Assembly: GCF_001194135.2 (NCBI RefSeq)
Contig: NC_068997.1
Location: 4,740,927 to 4,804,926, forward strand
From: Octopus bimaculoides
Lineage: Eukaryota
DNA length: 64,000 nucleotides
Direction of reading: 5' to 3'
The notes beneath the pieces are model-generated. The model worked only from the letters and a program-made list of their open reading frames with translations. It did not search any database and was not told the origin of the DNA. Made by a program: the position numbers and the translations under genes. Below are positions 26,766-37,849 of this stretch, piece by piece. Every line of letters starts with the position of its first letter. Within the stretch, counting starts at the first letter, position 1.

Positions 26766-27414
26766 CACGTTCCTTCACACACACACACCCATGTTTATAA
26801 TATGTGTATATGTGAATGCGTGTATGTATACGTATGCCGGACAAAATATTTCTTAATCTCTAACATTTGTCAAACTTTCCTTATATATATATATATATAT
26901 ATATATNNNNNNNNNNAAGTATATATTTAAATTATGTCAGAAAAAATGTTATAAAATCTTTTTGGTATATAAACATTGTATTTTGAGAAATAACGGGTTT
27001 CGTGTTGTCTTTTCAAATTTCTCTACTTCATTGTAATATGTGTTCGCTCCATATATATATAATCACTTCTCTCTTAAGTTTTTATATTCATTACCAAAAA
27101 ATAGTCATTCATAAACTCCGTTTACCAAACAATTTTCGAAAGGAATAAAAACATTTCAGCAATTTATTTCAATGATTTTGATGGCCAAAAAATATGCTTC
27201 TTTTTAATTCTTCTCTGTGAAACTGACGATAATTTCCCTGAGTGCGTGTTATCAGATGTATTGACAGAATTGTAAGAGCGTCGGAAAAAGTGTATTTGTG
27301 ACATTTCTTCTGGTTCTCTTCGTCCTGTGTTCAAATCTCGCGAAAGTCAGTTTTGCCTTTCATCACTCTGCGATCGATTATTTTCGTTTTGTTTCAAGAT
27401 ACATCTTGCGAAAC

Positions 27415-27715
27415 TCGAGGATGCATCATCAGTGATGTTTCTGGGATGTAATGGAGTTTCGGATCTTTCACCATTAGACTTCCTCACCCAGTTGACCCAG
27501 CTTGCATTCTAGTAACAGCAAACCACTGGTCTACCCTTTTTAATCCAGAACTATCTAGTAGTCGCTTTTTCTGCAGTTTCAGAAATGGAATTTATTGCCC
27601 TTCTCTTTGTTTCACTAATAATTCTAAGCCCAGTCACAGCTTTGCAGAATGAATGACCCCGTATATTGTCCCACCTTCTCCAGGATCCTTGTTGTCTTTC
27701 ATCCTTCTGCAATCG
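27415..27715 (-). mobile_element. HERO-clade RLE non-LTR retrotransposon 3' remnant with internal deletion
   Basis: Minus translation LQKDERQQGSWRRWDNI joined to RGHSFCKAVTGLRIISETKRRAINSISETAEKATTR*FWIK, resembling HERO C-terminal motifs (QQGAWTRWE; GF..SL..A..LG...RRRAI....EAAE.ASRWLW), followed by a 3'UTR. Based on recalled family consensus. Confidence 0.65.
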
Positions 27716-27786
27716 ATTAAAATAAAGTACTCGTCAGCAATGCTTCTTTTTCATACTAAAAGTTACTATAGATACACCCAAAATAC

Positions 27787-27951
27787 TTTAGCCAACACTG
27801 AGTTCATTAATTAATCAATTAATAGATACACGAGACAGTCGCAGGCGTCTGTCTTGTGTACGGTGACAGTGAGGTTGTATAGAAACAAAACAGACTTCTA
27901 CGACTGTCTCCTGTATCGAGTAATTAATTTACGAACTCAATATTGGCTAAA
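27787..27951. repeat. About 165-bp imperfect palindrome (MITE-like hairpin)
   Basis: TTTAGCCAACACTGAGTTC...GATACACGAGACAGTCGCAGGCGTCTGT pairs with ACAGACTTCTACGACTGTCTCCTGTATC...GAACTCAATATTGGCTAAA. Confidence 0.85.
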
Positions 27952-28574
27952 ATAATCGAGTTGATGGTATCGACTAAGCTGCTGCCCTTAAAATTGCTGA
28001 CCTTGTGCCTAAATAAAGACAAATTGTTAATCTTCAGATTAGTTGGATCCACCAGATGTATTCGAGCCGTGACCATCTAGTTTTATTTTATTTTATTTTT
28101 CTCTTATATAGGGATAATAGCGTACAATGACTTGCGAGAGATTTGGCTGTTATTTCTAGCAGAAAGTACAACCCACAAGTAGTGTAGTATTTCTCTCGCA
28201 TGCACACTGACAAAAGTCTTATGATATAAGAGAGAGAGAGATTGTTTAATCCTTCAGACCTGATCCAGTCACTCATTACAGAAATGCATAACTATGGAGT
28301 TAGAATAGTTTTTCTTAGTACATGTGTAACCCCCCGCCCCCCTCGCGTCTTTAATACACTTGTCACCCAACCTTGCTAACTCCTGTTTAAAATTACTATG
28401 ACAACTACCCACCTGTGAACCACACAAAAATACAACTCTATGTGGTCACGTACCGTCTGCTAGATACGACAGTCAACAGTGAAGGATATAACAGGTCTTC
28501 AAAAGTGAAGGAAACACACCCATGCCCGAAAATAAGATCTGGTCACCTTCGTCAGCGTTGGTCAGGGGCCAAAC

Positions 28575-29590
28575 ACACCTTTTTGACTCCTTCTCCTCCC
28601 ACTTCATCGTTCTTATTTTTCCTTTGCTTCCTCTTCTCTTACCCTTTTCTTCCCATTTCGTCGTTGTTTTTTCTCTTCTTCCTCCCTTCTCTTCTCTTAC
28701 TCGTTTCATTTACTCTTTTTTCTCCTCTTTTCACCCTCTCCTATATCTTTCTCCTCCCCTTCTTCCCTATTCTTTCCATTTTTCTCCCACTTGTTCTTTT
28801 CCTCCTCCTGTTCCATCCTCTCTCTTTCTCTCTGTTTCTCTTTTTCCCATTCATTCTTTATTTCCTCCTCCTCTGTCTTATTCCTTATTTCTCTTCTCTC
28901 ACTCTCTTTCTCTTTACTGTTGTTCTCTTCCTTTCACTTCTTTCTCTTCCTCACTAATTTTCCTTTCTCTCTCGTAATCTTCTTCCCCCTCTTCCTTCGC
29001 CTCCGACACGCACTAGCTGATCTATCTCCATCCGTGCGAGAACTGGGTCAGAACAAACCACCGTCACCACTATACTCGTTATCACCGACAACACCACCAC
29101 AACTGCTACTATCCATTCTACCCCTCTCCCACCTCACCTCACCATCAACTAAGCCGACTCAGTTTCACTACTATTACTACTAACAGAGCAAGTGGTTGTC
29201 TCCTGCACTGACCACTCTCACTCAAGTCTACACTCAATCTTCTCATCCTATCACTCTTACGATAAATGTAAGAAGCAGAGAAAATGAAGAGCTGAGATAG
29301 AGAGAGGGTTCTCTTATGCTATGTCATCTTCCACTTCCTCTCTCTTAGTCTTTCTCTTCTCGACACCTGTCCTCTCTCCCTTTTCAACCCCTCTTCCTTC
29401 TCCTCGTGCCTACTTCTTACTCCCCCCCTCCGTACTGCTTTCTAATCTCTCTCTCTCTCTCTTCCTCAACGCTTTCCTTTTTACCTCTTTCTACTACGTC
29501 TTTCTAGCTCTCCGTCATCCCTCTCATCTTCCCATTAATATTACAGTCTCTCTCTCCCTCCACCAACACCCCCATCGCATTCACTGCCTC
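28575..29590. repeat. CT-rich low-complexity tract
   Basis: Near-pure pyrimidine + strand; generates spurious F/L/S/P-rich ORFs. Confidence 0.85.
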
Positions 29591-30194
29591 TAGATGGCGT
29601 AAAGATTCCTGCAAAAGGAGGGGACAGGGTTACCGCAAAATAAAAAAAACATTTTTATTATAATTATAAACACTATAATTAATTATTTTTGTTTTCTACG
29701 AAGACTTGGTTTTTTTTCTGGATTTGCCTTGCTTCGTCTTCCTGCGATAACCGTATGTGTGTGTTTGTTTATTTTTGTTCCCCTCCCCCCACTTTCATTC
29801 ACTTTTCTACTTAAGAACTATGTTTAAAATTGCAATTAAAGGCCGAAAAATAATTAACAATTATATAAATATATCTCTTTTAATTTATTGTTTTATTTCG
29901 TTACTGTAATAATGCGGGGGGGGTATGAGGAAGACGTTGCGTGTGAGAGGAGTGTAGCGTATTTTATTCAAATGAAAGAAGACGCAAACCAAATTTTTAT
30001 ATATCCAGTGGAGTTGTGAGGGAAGAAAAATAGAGACAGAGAAGAAGAGATTGTAACTGCTAGTGTTTATTGTGTGTGAATATATATAGAGACAGAGAGA
30101 AAGAGACAAAGAGACAGACAGACAGAAAACACCTAGTGTTTAATTGTTATATTATTACTATTATAATATAGCGAGAGAAGTGTATGAGCTTGTG

Positions 30195-30254
<60 letters not shown>

Positions 30255-30289
30255 GATACAAGGATGTATGTATGTCTATATGCATCTTG

Positions 30290-30615
30290 GAGCGGCACGT
30301 GTAAATTCGATAGATAGATAATGTGTGAGTGGTGCGCCTGTTTTGCAACAGAAACGACAGTTGCAGCCACGTCTTGGTGAAGTTTGTCGGGGAAATTATT
30401 AAGAAGTAGAAGTAAAAGAGAGGAACTAGAAGGGGAAGAAAAAGGAAGGAGAAGCAGAATTAGAAGGTTGAAGGAAAAGAAGAACGAAGAAGAAGCCAAA
30501 AAAAAAATCAGTATTACAAGGTTGCAGCAGAAGAAAGAGAGGAGAATTTGGCAAAATCCGAGCGACGATATGGGACCATATTATCAATATATTATTACCT
30601 GAGAGAAGTTAGAAA
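30290..30615 (+). promoter_or_regulatory. Candidate promoter / purine-rich 5' leader of a + strand gene
   Basis: Unique CpG-retaining sequence with CACGTG (30296-30301) and CAGTTG E-boxes, then a GA-rich leader leading to an ATG and a consensus donor. Confidence 0.35.
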
Positions 30616-30659
30616 ATGTCTGTCTTTGCTGACAGCAACGATGTAGTTGGCAATTCTGC
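30616..30659 (+). CDS. Candidate first coding exon (MSVFADSNDVVGNS + 2 nt, phase 2) of an unidentified gene
   Basis: AGAAA-ATG (A at -3), 44 nt open, followed by the consensus donor GC|GTGAGT at 30660; non-repetitive CpG-rich context. No homology check was possible. Confidence 0.5.
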
Positions 30660-31140
30660 GTGAGTACACAGGCATTCTTAGATACTTATAATTAATTCCT
30701 TAATTATTTATTGTTCTAATATTAATGTTGTTGTTGTTGTTATTTTAAACCGTGGAAAGCAGCCAGAATATTTCATTACTGTCATCTTCTCTGGATTAGT
30801 GTTATTGTTTATTAAAAGATTATTCGCTTCCTTCGCCTTCATACACTTTTGTCTCTCTTCCTCTCCCGTCTATCTTTCTATTTATTTATCTCTCTATCGT
30901 TTATCCATCTTTATACCTATATATTTATCTTTCATTCTCCCTAAATATATATATATATATATATATAGACACTAACAAACACAGGCAATATTAGACAATA
31001 TAGGTGATATTACATATAATGTATATATGTCAGTAATATGTCTTAATAACACGTACATAGTTACTTGTTTATAGAGTAATAAATTAAGCCCATCGGTTAG
31101 CATATAAACATACACACCTACATACACACACACTATGTAG

Positions 31141-31171
<31 letters not shown>

Positions 31172-32253
31172 CATATATAGGAACTGTGTTTATAATTGTG
31201 GATATTTCAAATGTATGCGTATATATTGTATAATATCTAGGTAGTCTACATATAACGTTTGTGTAAATATAAATGTAAATATAAATTCTATACCGTCAAC
31301 CCCATCAGATCTACACAGACATTGGATGAGAAAGACTATTTACCTTTGTGAATGTCAATGAATTTTGTAGTTGAAACATCTTTAATAGACTTACAGTCAA
31401 TCGTTTCAACGTGTGTGTGTGTGTGTGTTCGATTTTGGTGTCATTATTACAAACCATTCAAGTTTGCGTGTCACCTCTTTGATTGAATTCTTGTTCGGTT
31501 TTTTATGTCCTTTTCTTAAATAATCCTTATTAAGTTTTCAATTCAGATAAATTTTATGTGTGTGTGTTTGGAATGAAAGAAATATAAATTGAATGAAATG
31601 CGTACGTTTTTGTATGCATATATATATTTATGAAATAATTACATATGTGTATATATACAAATTAATTGTATGTATGTAATTAAATATATTATGGGTTAAT
31701 CTATGATCGATAAAAATCCCCCGACATATATGTTTACATGCTTGGATAAAGCGAAAGCTATAATGGAGAGAGCTGAGAATACGTTGATGATGATGATGAT
31801 GATGATGAAAGTAGAAATGTGACACTGATTCACATGTCTACTCTCCCACCAGCCCCCTGTCTCTCTCTTTCTCTCGTATACTCTCTCTTTCTTTCTGGTA
31901 TTCTGGTACTCTTTTCTCTCTATCTCTTTCTGTCAGTAGCTTTCACTTTGTAACATGTAAACACAACAGTTTGTGTGATATGACAATGTGTTTGTGTCTG
32001 TGTACGTGTGTACGCGTGCGCGCACGCGTGTAATGACTGTTATAGATGTATGTATACAGATATGTTTTGTGTTTATATAAAAACGTGTGTGTGTGTGTGC
32101 GGACCGATCGATAGATAGACAGAAATGAGTGTATGCGTATATGGAACTTACATAATATAAGGTTTGCGAACCGATTAAAATCTCGGTAATTTTTATTGTA
32201 AGATCGCCTTTTTGTTTAGTTATTTACTGACTTGGACAGTGTGTATGCATGAA

Positions 32254-32290
<37 letters not shown>

Positions 32291-32399
32291 GGAGAGAGAG
32301 TCCTTCCTGTCAAGTGTAGTGTTTCCTCAATTTTCGTGTATGTGTGTGTACATACATACATACATACATAAGCATAACTTTAATGAAAATGTATACTGT

Positions 32400-33200
32400 T
32401 TAGCCCCAGGCTAACTGATCCACCAGATCTATGATCAAAACCCTTTCAGTTGCGACCATTATGCCTTATGCATTATGTGTATTAGAAAACAGTAGTCCCT
32501 CTCTTGGAGTGTAAATTATAATTTGAGGGCGACTTCATTGTTACTTAAAGAGGTGGAAATGGTCTTACAGGAAAGAAGGGTCAGTCCGACCATGCGAACA
32601 TTATCTTAATTCACCAACGAACTAGCTAGAAATAGCAGCCAAATCTCTCTTGGGTCGTACACTACTATAATATTTAATAAGTGCACAGTAGCTCATACAA
32701 TCTCCTAAATACTGCTAAAAAAAGATGAGATGGTCGCAGCTGGAACGCCTTTGATGATATGTCAAGGGTCAATGATGACCTGTAGCTAAACAGCAACAAC
32801 TGTTTAAGTTGTCTAATGTGTGAAGCCAGATCGAACAAGCGATCCAACCGTGACCGTCTCTATTTTTATGTTTTTGCTCGCAATGGGTGCATCTACGGGC
32901 ACATTATAGAATGTTTACCTTAAGATATGATTTAACTGTTATTTCTAAAAGGCCGATTGACCATGCAAAGGTTCTATCCTTTGCGATAGTATAGTTTAAC
33001 CCCCAGGTCAGCCAGAACCACTTGGTGGACCTATCAAGGTCAAAGACATAGCCCCTTCCTCCAGACCTAACCAATACAAACACAAATGATCGCGATGTGT
33101 CCTTTAAGTTGACCCCGCGTCGGCCCTGATTGAGCAGAGCAATGAATCAAAGGCTTCTCAGCCATGACCACCTCAGTGTTCGTCTCGGGCATTATGTATG
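32400..33200. mobile_element. Cluster of family D repeats (TTTAGCCCCAGGTCAnCCCTGAT...CAGACCTATGATCAAA / AATAGCAGCCAAATCTC)
   Basis: Several copies in both orientations here; also at about 10060-10140, 20660-20720, 36540-36600, 42440-42620, 45930-46050, 49530-49750, 52200-52260, 59630-59760. Confidence 0.7.
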
Positions 33201-33884
33201 TAGTACTATATTACCAATATGTCCTGACTTATTTTCTAGGTATACTGTAACTTAGAGGGCAATATCCAATCAGTGTTTCCTAGGTATAGTAGGCGATTTA
33301 GTTGCTATTTTTAGCTTGTCATGTGCCTATATATATTTCTTGTTGTTGTTCAGCTCCAGAAAAGTAAAGAACCTATAACAAAAAAATAAATAAAATGTCC
33401 TTTCACTTTTAAAGCAGTAGGGTGTGGTTGTGAGAAATTTGATTGTTATTACTAGCAGGTTGAGCGACCATGTAAAGTTTCCTTTCTCTATTGGCTCAAT
33501 TAAATACCAGTTATATACTAGGGTTGATCTAATGGCGTGTACAGCCTTCTTCCTCTAATATTTATGGCTCTTGTGCCTCTCGTAGAAATCAATAAATTGC
33601 GGAACTTCGCCATAACAGTGTGTAATAGTTTCTCCTTAATGGCTGACTGATGATGTTAGTGGGGGTAGAAGAGGGGGCATGACTGGACCCTAATCTATAA
33701 AGATCGATACATATACAGACATGTTGTGCGTGTGCAGGGGGACGAGGTAGGGAGGACTGGTGATAGAGCAGGAATGTTTTAATGGAGTCAAACAAAATTA
33801 TGGTTGGCAACTGCGTGTGTATGTGGTTCTAGGTTTGTGTGTGTGTGTGTGTGTGTGTGTGTAGTATGTATGAGTGTGTGTGTG

Positions 33885-33919
<35 letters not shown>

Positions 33920-34186
33920 AGTCTAGAAATGAGTCAGAAAAAGCAGGCACTGATATTGGTTATATAGAATGGGTATATATTATCATTATTGTTGTTGTTA
34001 TTTATTACTATTGTTATTGTCGTTATATATAAATATAAAAATATATAGTCGTTTTCATACAGGGGTTATCTCAACCCCTATGTGGATCTGACTGATAAAG
34101 TGGCTGATAGAATATATTAAATCTATTAAGTGTGTGTGTATATATATTTATAAATACATACATTTATGTATATACACACATACCCG

Positions 34187-34233
<47 letters not shown>

Positions 34234-34802
34234 CATACATGCACGTGAATGTATGCATTGTATGTATATACATATATACACATGAATATAAGTGTGTCTG
34301 TCTGCATATCTGTATGTGTGTATCCCCAGTCTTTCAATGACATAATAGTATGTGTCTGCACCACTCACTTTGTTATTGCTTAGCCTGTCTGCCTTTACCT
34401 TTAAGGTCTTGAAAGGCAAACATGAGTTGAGCTACTGTCATCACCTCAATAAACCACATCAATAGCTGTTGTTATTGCTGTATGTCGATATTGTTGATGG
34501 AGTCAGTCATAATGGTGGTGGCTGTAGTGGAGGATTTACAATGTGAGTTTTCATAACTAGATAGGTGAACTGCATTGGCTAACAACAACAACAACCTGAT
34601 ACTGTTTTTCATATCTCTTAGTCTTTTCTCCTCTCTCTCCCGCCCTTTTTTTTCGTTATCTCTCCAAAACAGGTACACTGTCTTTCTTGTCTACACATAC
34701 ACATCTACATGCACAAGCACACTCAAACTCGTGTGTATATATTTATATGTATACACATACATGTGTGTGCAAGCGTGCATGTATATATGTGTGTGTGTAT
34801 AC

Positions 34803-34837
<35 letters not shown>

Positions 34838-34927
34838 CCATCATCAACAGATCTTGAAATTTGTTTAGAAACAAATTTCATAAGTAAAATCAGGTTACGA
34901 AAAACAGTAGTAAACATCCTTGATGAT

Positions 34928-34928
34928 G

Positions 34929-34978
<50 letters not shown>
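34928..34978. repeat. (AAT)n microsatellite (SINE tail)
   Basis: Direct reading; adjoins a family E SINE. Confidence 0.95.
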
Positions 34979-34984
34979 CCTTTC

Positions 34985-35125
34985 TACTATAGGCACAAGG
35001 CCTGAAATTCAGAGGAGGGCACTAGTCGATTACATCAACCCCAGTGTTTCATTGGCACTTAATTTATTAACCTCGAAAGGATGAAAGGCAAAGTCGACCT
35101 CAGCAGAATTTGGACTCAGAACGAA
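34985..35125 (-). mobile_element. tRNA-derived SINE family E copy
   Basis: Reverse complement of GAGTTCAAATTC...GTCGACTTTGCCTTTCATCCTTTCG.GGT..ATAAATTAAGTACCA (B-box-like head), as at 58800-58955 (+). Confidence 0.8.
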
Positions 35126-35193
35126 ATAATAATGACGATAATAATAATAATAAATTGTTTCTAATTTAACCACAAGAGGTGGTTTGTCTATGC

Positions 35194-35415
35194 CAATGGA
35201 CCTCACCCATTTTTTGCCAATAGATCCCTTTGAGTCCTATTTTACTCAGGTTTACCTCCTTAGCCATAATCATTCTACTGTATTTTTATGATTAAATAGT
35301 ATTAGGAATTGTATTAAAAAGTTAACATATTTTGTGTATTGTAGAAGTATAAGCAATCTTTTACACATTAATTTTAACAGCAAAATCTTATATGGACCAT
35401 GAATGAGAACCAGTG
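35194..35415. mobile_element. Older hAT MITE (same family as 4641-4873)
   Basis: Ends CAATGGACCTCACCC... and ...TGAGAACCAGTG (degenerate CAGTGGTTCTCAACC TIR); flanks GTCTATGC / GTCTACAC (6/8). Confidence 0.6.
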
Positions 35416-35423
35416 GTCTACAC

Positions 35424-35745
35424 CAGGCCTGGCCAACTCGAATTACATTGCAGGCCACGTCAATTGCAGAAAGATTTTTGAGGGCCGCTTGTATACTTGA
35501 GCACTGCTGACAGAATTGAAAGCATTTTGTTTTCTCATGCTATTATTACAATAATGAATGAATGATTGTTGATTCAGCATGAAATATTATTGTTGAAAAA
35601 CCAGTAGTATCTTTCTTTTTTCACAATCTTTAATTTTTGATAAAGATTTTTAAATGTTTCTTTAAATAAACCCATTTCAAGAAAGTATCAGGTGGACTGT
35701 AAGATAAATGTCTGCGGCCCGCAGGCCTCAGGTTGGCCAGGCCTG
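35424..35745. mobile_element. Young 322-bp non-autonomous hAT element
   Basis: Perfect 14-bp TIR CAGGCCTGGCCAAC/GTTGGCCAGGCCTG; perfect 8-bp TSD GTCTACAC (35416-35423 and 35746-35753). Confidence 0.92.
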
Positions 35746-35829
35746 GTCTACACCATTGACACCAGTAGCAAACTTGTACTTCATTCTATTGAGCTCAAAA
35801 AGTTAAGTTGATCTCAGTGGTTAACAACA

Positions 35830-36430
35830 ACAACAATAGTAACAATAATAATAATGGTTTCAAATTTTGGTACAAGTCCAGCAATTTCGGGGGAGAGGTT
35901 AAGTCGATTACATCGAACTCAGTTGTTAAACTGGTACATTATTTTATCGACCCTGAAAGGATGAAAGGCAAAATTGACTTTGGCAGAATTTGAACTCAGA
36001 GTGCAAAGGCAAGAGCAGCAATTTTGATGGTAGGGGATTAGTTAATACCATTGACCCTAATACTTGACTGGTACTTTATTTTATGTACCACAGACAAATG
36101 AAAGGCAAAAATTGATCCCCCCCCCCCCTACAGCAAGATTTGAACTCAGAATTTAAAGAGTTAGAAGAAATACTACAAGACATTTTGTTCAGCACTCTAA
36201 CAATTCTGCCATGCCACTACCCTAAATAATAATGATGATTCTTTCTACTGTAGGTAGAAATTTGTACCTGAAATTTTGGGGGAGTATGTTCATTGACAAC
36301 ATCAACCCCAGTGTTCAACAGGTACTTACTTTATCAGCCCCAAAAGGATGAAAGGTCAAGTCAACCTCAGTAGAATTCAGAGCATAAAGTTGGAAGAAAT
36401 GCTGCTATGCATTTTTCCTAGTGTGGTAAT
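35830..36430 (-). mobile_element. Head-to-tail array of three family E SINE copies
   Basis: Repeated TACTTnnTTTTAT...GAAAGGCAAAATTGA...GAATTTGAACTCAGA blocks separated by (AAT)n. Confidence 0.8.
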
Positions 36431-36769
36431 GATTCTATCAACTCATTACCTTAATAGTAATGATGATGATGATGATGATGATGATATGCTAGAATTTGCT
36501 TCTTGCTTAATCCTGTCTTGATCAACATTTTGTTGTTGTTTAGTCCCAGACCAACCTTGATCCAGCAGACCTTTAGTTAAAGGTGTTGCACCTACAATGA
36601 TCTACATGTGTTTATTTTTAATTATAATCAGTGTTTGTGTATTTAGGACTGCATTATATAATGTGCCCTTTTTATGTAGACAGTATGGTGTTGATCTGAG
36701 AGGGATTTGACTATTATATCTAGCAGGTAAGTACATAGAAATTATAAATATTTTTGCCCTCTTAGCAGT

Positions 36770-37130
36770 TTTTCTCCACCTGAGGTCTGGTCCAAACTGA
36801 ATTTCAAGCACCCTAACTCAACTCTGTGTCTAACAACAGAAGTTGCTAAGTCAAAAGTTTACTAAGACCTGTCTCAGTTAATGCATGTTCCAGTTGATCC
36901 CTGGTACAACTGACAAGGCCTTTGTGTGTCCTCAGTTTCAGCAGGATGCCCTTTAATGTCTCCAGTCTCAGCAACAATGGTTCCAGTTACAAAATAAACA
37001 AAAGAGATGGTGAGTGGACAACTTTGAAGGGCTGGGGGGGGGTCAATGTTTAGTATGAATGGCCAGTTAGTTTGAATCTGAATGAGCTTTGGTTGTTCAA
37101 GTCAAACAGTGAGATAGAAATTACTAAGTT
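36770..37130 (-). mobile_element. Tx1/L1-clade RT fragment
   Basis: Minus translation ...SPSLLFIL*LEPLLLRLETLKGIL (cf. QGCPLSPLLYVLALEPLL); nucleotide homology to 39420-39790. Confidence 0.65.
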
Positions 37131-37849
37131 GTCAGAATTATAATAGCAATAATGTTGATGTTGTCATGGTTGTAGCCTCAGTTTTTGTTCTGATCAACAA
37201 TAACCTTGTAGACTTACAATGCTATACATCCACTACTACTACAACATCCAAAACAATACTACTTCAGCACTAACCCTAACTACACTAAACTCTCCCACTC
37301 ACTCAACTCTAACACAACTCATAAAAATATCAGCATCATCATCCTTATTAACCCCAAACATGTTGTAAACCTTCAGACTATCAGAGGTATATACAGACAT
37401 AGTACTCCTGCCTTACTTTTGTCATCACCACCAGAAGTATGTTCAGACAGGGTCCATCTATCCTACCTTTTGTTGCAGACATGTAAACTGGGTATAAACT
37501 GACATACTCTGTTGTGGACATTATCGGGTGCATGGACTAACATACTCTCCACTGTTCTATCTCTGTTGTAGACACTACCATTGGTATAGACAGACATACT
37601 CTCCTGTCCTACCACTGCTGTGTTCACCATCAGAGGTATGTTCAGAGTCCATCTGCTCTACGACACAGCCAGGGGTGTGTACAAACATAAATAAATAATA
37701 AATAGAAATAATATTGTAGAACAATGAAATAAGAACTAGGACCCCTAAAATGGGGTGGGGGTACCACATAGGCTTAGTCAGGACACCCTATCCACAACTT
37801 CAAATTATCCTTATACAAGTACTTCTCTCAGTCATTGCTGAGTGAGGGA

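Noticed and set aside
27445-27490. CTAATGG...GAAAC in the HERO-like 3'UTR resembling a hammerhead core
   Set aside because: No stem I or stem II can be formed and the CUGANGA box is incomplete; at most a simple hairpin.
28415-29183. 130-180 aa F/L/S-rich ORFs that look like membrane proteins
   Set aside because: Translation of a CT-rich low-complexity tract.
30384-30602. 72-aa K/E/R-rich ORF
   Set aside because: Non-ATG start and a product of the GA-rich leader; better explained as 5'UTR with a short uORF.
34466-34548. Possible exon ending at ACAAT|GTGAGT
   Set aside because: No polypyrimidine acceptor; low-complexity GTT/GGT content; frame support absent.
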